64,000 bases of DNA from positions 928,001 through 992,000 of the forward strand of contig OY970195.1 of NCBI GenBank assembly GCA_963708185.1, in the 5' to 3' direction. The stretch is from Candidatus Peregrinibacteria bacterium. GTDB lineage: Bacteria > Patescibacteriota > Gracilibacteria > UBA1369. The position numbers and the translations under genes were made by a program. Of the stretch, positions 40,849-49,779 are shown piece after piece. Position 1 is the stretch's first letter, and the number at the start of each line of letters is the position of its first letter. The notes beneath the pieces were generated by a model. That model was given only the letters and a program-made list of their open reading frames with translations, made no database searches and was not told where the DNA came from.

Positions 40849-42180
40849 TTACGCCGGTGTTTCCTCTTTTAAAATCTTTCTGGTTTCTATTTTATAGAGT
40901 TCCACATTGGGCTGGTCAAACGGATTCACGTTCATGAGTTTGCCCAGGTACATCATTTCGATCATCTTGAACTGGAGGAATTCGCCGATCGCGAAGGGTG
41001 AGATTTCCGGCATGACGATTTCCATGAAAGGAAGTTCCTTTTTGGAATAGGCCAGCTTGGTTCCTTCCAGAATGGCTTCCATAATATGCTTGGCGCTTTT
41101 ATTCTTGAGGTCGGGGTTGAGTTCGTTCGCAAAACTCTCTTTGGGAAGCGGCATTGGGTCCTCGACATTCCTCACATAGATAAACGTCGTAAACTTATCG
41201 AGCGGTCCACCCAGATACAGCTGGCCGACGGAATGCAGGTCGGTTGAACCCAGTGAAACGGTCGGCGTTATGCCGGCATTGACGATCTCGCCGTCGCGGT
41301 TTTTTTCCTTGCCGACGCTTTCTCCCATAAGCTGGCGGTACCATTTGCCCAGAGATTCGAGCTGGGGAGCAAAAAAGAAATTGTCGTTGATGGTTTTGCC
41401 GTTTTTCTGGTTGAGACAGATCACCGCAGCGGAGATCATGGCGGGGTTGAGGTCCGGTCCGTCCTCGATGCAGTTCTTGCGCATGGTGGCAGCACCTTCG
41501 CAAAGGCCCTCAATGTCGATTCCTCCTGCTGCAAGCGGGAAAAGTCCGACGGGAGAAAGTACGGAATAACGGCCGCCGACCATTTTGGGAATGGTCAACG
41601 CGGTGATGTTTTTGGACGTCGCAAGCTCCCAGAGCTTGGAGTTTTCGTCGGTGGTGATGACGGTCCTTTCTTCAACGGCTCGGTGATCGAATTTTTCTTC
41701 AAGCGCGCCGATGATTACCGCAGCATTGGCGAGCGTTTCGGTCGTGGTTCCGGATTTACTGATGATATTGAGTAAAATATCTTCCGGCCTTTTGATTTCC
41801 AAATCCAGGAAATTTTTCAAACGCCGGAGATACTCCGGATCCGAAGTTTCCAAAAAAATCAGTCTGGGAAAGCGGTCGCAGTCAATGGCGTCGGTAAAAC
41901 CAAAAACAGCGTCGTAGACGGCTTTGGTGCCGAGGTTGGAACCGCCGATGCCAATGACGATGATGTACTTGAGCTGCGGCGTGACTTTACTTTTTTTGAC
42001 GACGTTGACCACGGAGATGTGGTTCTGATCTAACGGGAGGTTCACCGAACATTCGGGATTGTCGTAATCGCTGCGGGTGAGAATTTTGGTAAAATATTCG
42101 CGGTACTCTTCGAGACTTTGCGTCGTTTTTTTGAGTTCTTCCGAGCTGATTCCGCTCGAATCTTTATAAAGGAGTTCCAT
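40849..42180 (-). CDS. pgi: Glucose-6-phosphate isomerase
   Basis: GIGGSNLG, SKSGTTTET, VGGRYSV, QLMGESVGK, DLHSVGQ, PFDQPNVELYK. Confidence 0.95.
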   Translation of the reverse strand: MELLYKDSSGISSEELKKTTQSLEEYREYFTKILTRSDYDNPECSVNLPLDQNHISVVNVVKKSKVTPQLKYIIVIGIGGSNLGTKAVYDAVFGFTDAIDCDRFPRLIFLETSDPEYLRRLKNFLDLEIKRPEDILLNIISKSGTTTETLANAAVIIGALEEKFDHRAVEERTVITTDENSKLWELATSKNITALTIPKMVGGRYSVLSPVGLFPLAAGGIDIEGLCEGAATMRKNCIEDGPDLNPAMISAAVICLNQKNGKTINDNFFFAPQLESLGKWYRQLMGESVGKEKNRDGEIVNAGITPTVSLGSTDLHSVGQLYLGGPLDKFTTFIYVRNVEDPMPLPKESFANELNPDLKNKSAKHIMEAILEGTKLAYSKKELPFMEIVMPEISPFAIGEFLQFKMIEMMYLGKLMNVNPFDQPNVELYKIETRKILKEETPA

Positions 42181-42210
42181 TGCCGGTGGAGGTTATGAGT
42201 CCGATGAAAG

Positions 42211-43074
42211 TTACGCGACGAGGGTGTTCCAGTCCTGCGAGAATTTTTCTATGCCCTTGGTGGTGAGATCGTGACCGATGATGAAACCCTGCCACGGCTT
42301 GGTGAGGTCGAGGTCCTTCGCCGGGATCGGTTTGAGTTCGGGATGGTTGTAGGTAAAATCTTCCGACGGCATGGGCATGCCCTTTTCTCCCCACTCCTTG
42401 AGCACTTTGTGGGGCGCTGTGATGATGTCCGAACCGAGGTGGAGTGCGAACATGAAGTGTTCAAAAGAACGGACGCTGGCGGTGAGCACCTCCACGTGGC
42501 CGTCGCTCGTTTTATACATGTCGATGATGTTCTTGATGACATCCATACCGTTTTCGCCGCGGTCGTCGAGACGGCCGATGAACGGAGACACAAACACCTG
42601 GCCTTTGACCGCGCCCCTGGTGGCGGCGTAGACCGCGGCGGCCTGGTCCTGGGTAAAGCACAGCGTCATGTTCACGCGCATGCCCGCTTTGATGGAGTTT
42701 TCAGCCGCCGTGAGACCCGCCGTTGTGGTGGGGTATTTGATGTGGGCGTTGGGTATCCAACCGAACATTTCCCTGCCCTGGGTGAACATGGCGTCCGAGG
42801 TGGTGTTGAGGTCGCAGTACACTTCCACGGAAATCGAACCCTGCGGCAACATTTGTGAAAGCTGCGTTACCACGCTTTTATAGAAATCGTAAATTTCCTG
42901 ACTGGTGAATTTCTTGCCTTCCTGGAGCCTTTTTTGGGCTTCGGGATTTTTTGATACGAGGGTGGGGTTGGTGGTCTGTCCGTCGAGAAAACACAAAAGA
43001 TCCAACATCTCTTTGGTTTCCGCCGGATCACCGCTGTCCAGAAAAATTTTCGTTTTCAGGTTGGCTGGTCTCAT
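42211..43074 (-). CDS. tal: Transaldolase family protein
   Basis: IFLDS, GQTTNPTL, ISVEV, HIKYP, NMTLCF, VSPFIGRLDD, ASVR. Confidence 0.92.
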   Translation of the reverse strand: MRPANLKTKIFLDSGDPAETKEMLDLLCFLDGQTTNPTLVSKNPEAQKRLQEGKKFTSQEIYDFYKSVVTQLSQMLPQGSISVEVYCDLNTTSDAMFTQGREMFGWIPNAHIKYPTTTAGLTAAENSIKAGMRVNMTLCFTQDQAAAVYAATRGAVKGQVFVSPFIGRLDDRGENGMDVIKNIIDMYKTSDGHVEVLTASVRSFEHFMFALHLGSDIITAPHKVLKEWGEKGMPMPSEDFTYNHPELKPIPAKDLDLTKPWQGFIIGHDLTTKGIEKFSQDWNTLVA

Positions 43075-43085
43075 GATGGTGAAGG

Positions 43086-44948
43086 TCAAATGATACTTTT
43101 CACTTTGGCGACAATGGCCTTTCGGGAAATTTCTTCATAGTCGAGAAGTTCCTGCGGTTTGCCGCTGTGAGGCATTTTTTTGACGGCGAGCGAGTAGATC
43201 GGGCCGTTGAATGTTGAATTTTTGCCCAGGGTCACGCCTTCGGCGAGTGCCGTTTTTACGGCTTCACCGAGGCCTCCTTCGATATAGTGATCTTCCACGG
43301 TGATGACGGCCTTGGTGCCGCCGATGGATTTGAGGAGGCTTTCCACGATGATCGGTTTGATGGAGTACAGATCGATGACGCGGATGAAAATATTTTCCTT
43401 GGCGAGTGCTTCGTACGCCGCGAGTGCTTCATGGAGCGTCACTCCCGCGGAGATGACCGTGACGGCGTCGTTGTCGCTCTGCTGCAAAACTTTGTGTTCG
43501 CCGATCTTGAACTCCTGGGTAATTCCATAAAGAATCGGCGTATCCATGCGCGTCGTGCGGATGTAGACGTTTCCATAATGCTTGGCGGCTTCCTCAACGA
43601 GTTTTTCCGTGGAGATGGCGTCGGCCGGATAGAGCACGACGCTGTTGAGAAGCGATCTGAACATGGCGATGTCTTCGAGTCCCATCTGCGACGATCCGTC
43701 TTCGCCGATTGAGACTCCGCTGTGGGAACCCACGTATTTGATGTTGGAATCTGAATACTGGCTCATGCGGATCTGGTCGTAAGCCCTCGTCAGGAAAGCC
43801 GAAAAGGTGGACATGAACGGAATTTTTTCCCTGCGGGAAAGACCGAGGGCGACGCCCGCCATGTTCTGTTCGGCGATGAACATTTCGAAGAAATGGTGCG
43901 GATATTTTTCCTTGAAGATTTCGGCGTAGGTAGAGTTACTGACTTCGGCATCGAGCACGGCGATGTTCGGATACTCTTCGAACAGGCGGGTAATCGCATG
44001 GCCGTAGGCCTTGCGTGTGGCGACGGGTTTGGAGTTGTAGTCCGGAAACGGAATGCTTTCCCCCGTGTATTCGGCGGGCTTGAGGTTTTCGGGCATGGCG
44101 AGTTCGACTTTCATCGAGGTGTCCACTTCGCCGATTTCGGCGAGCGCTTTCTTGAGATCGTCCGGGCCGAGCGCTTTGCCGTGCCAGCCTTCCTTGTCTT
44201 CCAGAAAAGAAACCCCCTTCCCTTTGAGGGTTTTTGCAATGATCATGACCGGTTTGTCTTTTACGTTCTCGGCTTTCCGGTAGGCGTCGAAAACTTCCTG
44301 AAGATTGTGTCCGTCAATGACGATGGTTTCCCAGCCGAACGCCCTGATGCGCTGTTCATACACGTCGGTGTCATGTTCGTACATGGTGCGGCCGCGTTGC
44401 CCCAGAGCGTTGACGTCGATGATGCCGATAAGATTGTCGAGCTTGTAGTATGAAGCGATCTCCATGGCTTCCCATTGCGACCCTTCCGCCATTTCACTGT
44501 CGCCCAAAAGGACGTAGGTTTTGTAGGGAAGTTTGTCGAGATATTTCGCGTTGATGGCCATGCCCGCGCCGATGGAAAGTCCCTGGCCGAGCGAACCGGT
44601 GGCGGCTTCGGTATAGGGGAAAGCGGGTGTGGGATGGCCTTCCAGCCGGCTGCCGAATTTGCGCAAGGTCTTGAGCTCATCCTCGGCGACGACGCCGGCG
44701 ACGGCATACAATGAATAAAAAAGAGGCGATGCGTGGCCCTTGGAAAAAATGAGGCGGTCGTTGTTTGGAAGGTTCGGATTCTTAAGATCGAACTTGTAAA
44801 ATCCCGAGAAGAAAAGCACCGCCATCAGTTCCGTCGCCGACATGGCCGAGGTCGGGTGGCCGGAGCCGGCCGCAGATGTTGAAATGAGTGAATAGTAGCG
44901 GATGAGTTTTGCTGTTTGTTCGAGTTTTTGCTGGTCAAAAGCTGGCAT
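43086..44948 (-). CDS. tkt: Transketolase (single chain, ~620 aa)
   Basis: SGHPTS, SKGHA, EGHP, TGSLGQG, GDSE TPP motif, IAEQNM, GEDGSSQ. Confidence 0.95.
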   Translation of the reverse strand: MPAFDQQKLEQTAKLIRYYSLISTSAAGSGHPTSAMSATELMAVLFFSGFYKFDLKNPNLPNNDRLIFSKGHASPLFYSLYAVAGVVAEDELKTLRKFGSRLEGHPTPAFPYTEAATGSLGQGLSIGAGMAINAKYLDKLPYKTYVLLGDSEMAEGSQWEAMEIASYYKLDNLIGIIDVNALGQRGRTMYEHDTDVYEQRIRAFGWETIVIDGHNLQEVFDAYRKAENVKDKPVMIIAKTLKGKGVSFLEDKEGWHGKALGPDDLKKALAEIGEVDTSMKVELAMPENLKPAEYTGESIPFPDYNSKPVATRKAYGHAITRLFEEYPNIAVLDAEVSNSTYAEIFKEKYPHHFFEMFIAEQNMAGVALGLSRREKIPFMSTFSAFLTRAYDQIRMSQYSDSNIKYVGSHSGVSIGEDGSSQMGLEDIAMFRSLLNSVVLYPADAISTEKLVEEAAKHYGNVYIRTTRMDTPILYGITQEFKIGEHKVLQQSDNDAVTVISAGVTLHEALAAYEALAKENIFIRVIDLYSIKPIIVESLLKSIGGTKAVITVEDHYIEGGLGEAVKTALAEGVTLGKNSTFNGPIYSLAVKKMPHSGKPQELLDYEEISRKAIVAKVKSII

Positions 44949-45016
44949 TGTTTATCAAAAAAACGTATAGAAGTGCCTACAATGTAACACTAAAGTTTCC
45001 ATTTCTCCAAGGACAA

Positions 45017-46466
45017 TTAGAGCTCTTTCTTCGGGCCAAAACTGCCTTTCGGGTACATATGGAGTTTGGACTTTTTCCAGGATTCAATGATCGGCGTGAT
45101 GAATTTCCATGACGCCAGCACTTCATCGGTGCTGGTAAAGAAAGTCTGGTCACCTTTGATGCAGTCGAAAAGAACGCGCTCATAGGCGTCTACGGTTTTG
45201 ACCGCACTTTTTCCTTCGTTGTAGCTGAAAGAAAGTTCATGCGGTTCAAGAAACGACTGAAGCCCCGGTTTTTTCGCCCAGAAAAGAATGGAGATTCCCT
45301 CTTCGGGCTGGATCTTGAACATGATGACGTTCTTGAAATCGCAGGTTTCATCCTTGGGACACAAATACGCGTTCGAACGCTTAAAATGTACGATGATTTC
45401 GGCCTTGCTTTCCTTCATGGCCTTGCCGCTTTCAAGGTAGAAGGGAACCCCCTTCCAGCGCTGATTGTTGATGAACGCTTTGATTTTGAAGTAGGTTTCC
45501 GTTTTGGAATTCTTGGCCACGGAAGGTTCTTCGCGATAGCCTTCATACTGTCCCCTCACGGTAGAACTCTGGACGTCTTTGTCTTTGATCGGCATGAGCG
45601 CGTTGAGTACCTTGGTCCTCGCGGGACGTACCGTCTGAGCATCGGTGCTCAGCGGGTTTTCCATGGCAATAAGCGCCAGCATGCGCAGTATATGATTCTG
45701 CCCGACGTCGCGGAGAGCTTCCCACGTTATCGTAAAAAGCTCCTCTTCCTTCAACGTCGAGCTTTTCGTAAATCTTGATTTCAACTTTTTCAATGTAATC
45801 ACGGTTCCAGATCGGTTCAAAAAGCAAGTTGGAGAACCTGAACATCATGATGTTCTGCAGTGTTTCCTTTGCCAGATAATGGTCAATGCGGAAAATCTGT
45901 TCTTCGCGAAAAAGTTTCCCGAGCATATGGTCGAGTTTTTTTGCCGATGCATCGTCATGTCCGAAAGGTTTTTCAATGAGGATTCTTGTCCAGCCTTCAC
46001 CATCACTGCAGGCGATGGTCAGACCATAATACGAGAGGTTCTTGAGAATGGTCTGGTAGAGATCCGGCGGAACGGCCAGGTAAAAAAGTTTGTTGGAGCA
46101 GCGCTTGAAACCTTTGGTGTCCATGGCAACGAGTTTCTTCTTGAGGCTCTTATAGCTTTGGGGATCGTCAAAATATCCTTCGTGGTAGGAAATGGTTTTG
46201 AGGAACTTCCTGAACTCGGGGCCTTTGAGGACCGGCAACTTGCGGCGTTTTTGTTCCTGTGTAATGAAATCACGGTATCCTTCGTCGGACATCGAACGCC
46301 TTGAAAAAGCTATGATGCGGAAATTTTTCGGGAGCATCCCTTTTTTATAGAGGTGGAAAAAAGACGGGATGAGTTTGCGGATGGACAAATCACCGGTCGC
46401 TCCGAAAATGACGACTACCGTCGGCTTGGATGCGGCATACTCTTTTTTTATTTTTTTAATATCCAT
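45017..46466 (-). CDS. zwf: Glucose-6-phosphate 1-dehydrogenase; apparent +1 frameshift at ~45719
   Basis: GATGDL, EKPFG, RIDHYLAKE in one frame; ALRDVGQNH, RWKGVPFYLESGK, AYERV in the next; deleting one A restores YDNVGALRDVGQNH. Confidence 0.93.
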
Positions 46467-46571
46467 TGAAAATCTGGTGAAGATACCCGAAGTGCAATAC
46501 AATTTCCGTGAATTCGTTATATATATACGATTGTTTGCCGCAAGTTACAAGACCCATTTACTACTACTTTC

Positions 46572-49082
46572 TTGAAGAAATTTTCTTTCACCCAAGAGTT
46601 CAAAGCTTTCCTCAAAAAACACCGCATCGCTTCGATTTTTCTGCTGGCTTTCACCGCGCTGGTGATTTTCGGCATCAGTTTTTATCTCTACATCGCCTAT
46701 TTTTTACCGCTTCCCGATGCGCTTATGCAGGACCAGCCCCAGGGCTCCATCAAGATTCTCGACCGCAAAGGACAACTTCTCTATGAAGTGATCCAGCCTA
46801 CGGGCGGCAAAAAAACTTTCACGGAACTCACTCAAATTCCCAAAAATTTCGTCAACGCAACCCTGGCCTCTGAAGACATCAATTATTATCAGCATGGCGG
46901 CGTCGATCTTGTAGCCATCGGCAGAGCGGTCTTTTTCAACGTCAGCGAAGGGAGGATTGTGAGCGGCGCGAGCACGATTACCCAGCAGCTCGTCCGCAAT
47001 CTGCTTGGTTACACCACGGAGCGCGGGTATTCCGAAAAGATCATGGAGGCCATCTATGCCATTCGTCTTTCGAACGTCTACTCCAAAGACCAGATTCTCG
47101 AACTGTACCTGAACACCATTTATTACGGCAATCTCGCCTACGGTGCGGAATCAGCGGCGCAGGATTATTTCGGGAAACACGTTTATGATCTGGATCTGGC
47201 CGAGTCGTCGTTGTTGGCCGGACTCCCCCAGGCACCTTCCTACTACAATCCTTTCCTTTATATGGACCGTGCAAAAAAACGCCAGCAGTACGTGCTTGAT
47301 CAAATGGTCAAATACGGATTCATCGACGATGCCACGTCAAAAGCCGCCGCCGCCGAGCCTTTGAAACTCCGCCAGAATATTTTTGAAATGAAGGCTCCTC
47401 ACTTCGTACGGTACGTTCTCAACCAGCTCGGTGATGTCGTCGGCAACAAAAAACTTGAAGAAGGAGGATTCAGCGTGTACACGACGCTTGATGAAGACCT
47501 TCAGCTGCAAGCCGAACAGATCGTGGCGCAGCAGGTAAAAAGTCTGGGCGACAAACATGTCACCGACGGCGCGTTGCTTTCACTTGATCCGAAAACCGGA
47601 AAAATCCTGGCATGGGTCGGCAGCGAAAATTATTATAACGACGACATCGACGGCCAGGTCGACATGATCACGGCTCTGCGACAACCCGGTTCCTCCATCA
47701 AACCACTGATGTATCTGCTCGCTTTGGAAAAAGGATATACGCCGGCAACGGTCCTTGCCGATGTTCCGGTTGAGTTTCAGACCGACACAGGGCCTTATGC
47801 TCCAAAAAATTACGACCTGGATTTCCACGGCCCGGTGCGCCTGCGCGAGGCGCTGGCAAGTTCGTTCAACGTTCCCGCGGTCCAGACGCTCAACACGTTG
47901 GGGGTTGAAGTTTTCATGGCTTTTCTGGATAAACTCGGCATCCAGACGCTTGACCAGAATCCGAACTTTTACGGTCTCGCTCTCACGCTTGGAGGAGGCG
48001 AAGTGCGTATGTACGACATGGCGCGGGCGTTCAACGTCATCGCGAACTACGGCGATTATTTTGATTTGAGCACGATTGAAAAAATCACCGACGCCGCCGG
48101 GACGAATCTTTATACGTGGAAGCAATCCTCGCCTTCCTACGTTCTCGGGCAGGACGGAAGACAGCACGCGTACCAGATCATCGACATTCTCAAAGACCCG
48201 AATGCCAGACTGAAAGGTTTCGGTGAGGGAAGCGTCCTGGAAATTTCCCACGAAGCCGCGGTGAAGACCGGGACCACACGCAACTTCCGCGACAACTGGA
48301 CGATCGGTTTTACTCCGCAGCTTCTCACCGCGGTGTGGGTCGGCAATGCCGATGCTTCGGCCATGCAGGATATCAGCGGCGTGGACGGCGCGGGGCCGAT
48401 CTGGCACGATTTCATGGAAGCCGCGCTGCAGTTTGCGCCCCAGGTAAAATTCAACGTGCCCCCGCGCCTCCATCAGGCGGAGGTCTGTGCGATCTCAGGA
48501 AAACTTCCGACGGACCTTTGTCCCGACCGGATCTTCGAGTGGTTTGTAAAAGGTCAGGAACCAAAGGAACCGGACGATTATTATCAAAGTTACTGGGTTT
48601 TACGCTCGAACGGGCACCTCATCCGTCCGGAGTGCGTGGACAGCTATCCCGAGGCTGCCCGACTTCAAAAAACCTTTATCACCTACCCAGCCGCCTTCCA
48701 AAGCTGGGCACAGCAAAAAGGCCTTTCCTTACCGCCTTTTGAGCCCTGTGCGTTATCAAAAACATCGGGTTCGGGATATACGGACGCCTACTCCACGCAG
48801 GAAAAATCGCTTATTACCGTAGACAGTCCGTCTCATCAGGACCAATTCCAGGTTGACCATGAGCTTCCGGCGGATACTCAGAAAATACCGTTCCGGGTCA
48901 CCGCTTCTTCGGATGTCGACGAGATAACTTTTTTGCTGGACGGCAAAGAACTTGCGACGGTGGGGCAACCTTTCAACTATTTGTGGATTCCCGAGAAAGG
49001 GAAACATACCCTTCAAGCCGTTTCACATATTTACAACGGTTCGACGCAGGAAAGTACTCCGGTAACTTTTGACGTTGAATAA
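46572..49082 (+). CDS. pbpC: Penicillin-binding protein 1C-like bifunctional transglycosylase/transpeptidase
   Basis: TM, SED, GASTITQQL, PGSSIKP (SxxK), SFN, KTGT, C-terminal Ig-like domain; adjacent to the alpha-2-macroglobulin. Confidence 0.88.
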   Translation: MKKFSFTQEFKAFLKKHRIASIFLLAFTALVIFGISFYLYIAYFLPLPDALMQDQPQGSIKILDRKGQLLYEVIQPTGGKKTFTELTQIPKNFVNATLASEDINYYQHGGVDLVAIGRAVFFNVSEGRIVSGASTITQQLVRNLLGYTTERGYSEKIMEAIYAIRLSNVYSKDQILELYLNTIYYGNLAYGAESAAQDYFGKHVYDLDLAESSLLAGLPQAPSYYNPFLYMDRAKKRQQYVLDQMVKYGFIDDATSKAAAAEPLKLRQNIFEMKAPHFVRYVLNQLGDVVGNKKLEEGGFSVYTTLDEDLQLQAEQIVAQQVKSLGDKHVTDGALLSLDPKTGKILAWVGSENYYNDDIDGQVDMITALRQPGSSIKPLMYLLALEKGYTPATVLADVPVEFQTDTGPYAPKNYDLDFHGPVRLREALASSFNVPAVQTLNTLGVEVFMAFLDKLGIQTLDQNPNFYGLALTLGGGEVRMYDMARAFNVIANYGDYFDLSTIEKITDAAGTNLYTWKQSSPSYVLGQDGRQHAYQIIDILKDPNARLKGFGEGSVLEISHEAAVKTGTTRNFRDNWTIGFTPQLLTAVWVGNADASAMQDISGVDGAGPIWHDFMEAALQFAPQVKFNVPPRLHQAEVCAISGKLPTDLCPDRIFEWFVKGQEPKEPDDYYQSYWVLRSNGHLIRPECVDSYPEAARLQKTFITYPAAFQSWAQQKGLSLPPFEPCALSKTSGSGYTDAYSTQEKSLITVDSPSHQDQFQVDHELPADTQKIPFRVTASSDVDEITFLLDGKELATVGQPFNYLWIPEKGKHTLQAVSHIYNGSTQESTPVTFDVE

Positions 49083-49141
49083 ATTGTTGTAATACTTTTT
49101 CTGGAGAAATTGTTCTTAAGAGCGGCAAGATTCCGGGAGCC

Positions 49142-49190
49142 GTGATGACGATGAACTTTTATTGTCTTTTCCTGTCATCACCACTACAAT
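49142..49190 (+). promoter_or_regulatory. Promoter region of the ECF sigma gene (sigma70-like and possible ECF-type elements, inverted repeat)
   Basis: TTGTCT-17-TACAAT (49162-49190); GAACTT-16-TCATC (49153-49179); GTGATGAC/GTCATCAC inverted repeat. Confidence 0.45.
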
Positions 49191-49217
49191 TCTCTTTAGC
49201 GTTCCGCCCCAAGAACC

Positions 49218-49769
49218 ATGGATCTCCAAGATCAGCAAAAACTCGTTGCCGAAGCCCAGCAAAGTCCCGATGGATTCGGCAGGCTCTATGATTATTTCTT
49301 CCCGAAAGTCTACGCTTTTGTCGCCTCCAAAGTCGGCGACCGTGATGATGCCGAAGACCTCACCAGCGAAATTTTCATGAAGGTTCTCGAAAACATTCAC
49401 GCTTATGAATGGAGAGGCATTCCCTTCGGAGGCTGGCTGTTCAAAATCGCACGGAACGTGCTGAACACTTACTATTCCCAGCACGCAAAGACAACGACCA
49501 AAGATATTGATGATGTGTACGGGCTCGCCGAAGACGAAGAAAAAACTTCGCCTCATAAAAAAGCCGCTCAAAACGAACTCTCAGAAAAGGTAAAAAAAGT
49601 CATGCGCGAACTTCCGGAAAGAGAAGTGATGGTTGTCCAACTCAAATTTTTCTCTCAACTCAACAACCGGGAAATTATGCACGTTACCGGACTTTCCGAA
49701 AGCAACGTCGCGATTATTCTTTTCCGAACCCTGAGAAAAATAAAACCAGAACTTTCTTACTTTGCTTAA
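49218..49769 (+). CDS. ECF RNA polymerase sigma-70 factor
   Basis: 183 aa; region 2 DAEDLTSEIF..WLFKIARN; region 4 LPERE...REIMHVTGLSESNV. Confidence 0.95.
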   Translation: MDLQDQQKLVAEAQQSPDGFGRLYDYFFPKVYAFVASKVGDRDDAEDLTSEIFMKVLENIHAYEWRGIPFGGWLFKIARNVLNTYYSQHAKTTTKDIDDVYGLAEDEEKTSPHKKAAQNELSEKVKKVMRELPEREVMVVQLKFFSQLNNREIMHVTGLSESNVAIILFRTLRKIKPELSYFA

Positions 49770-49779
49770 TCAACGGCCA

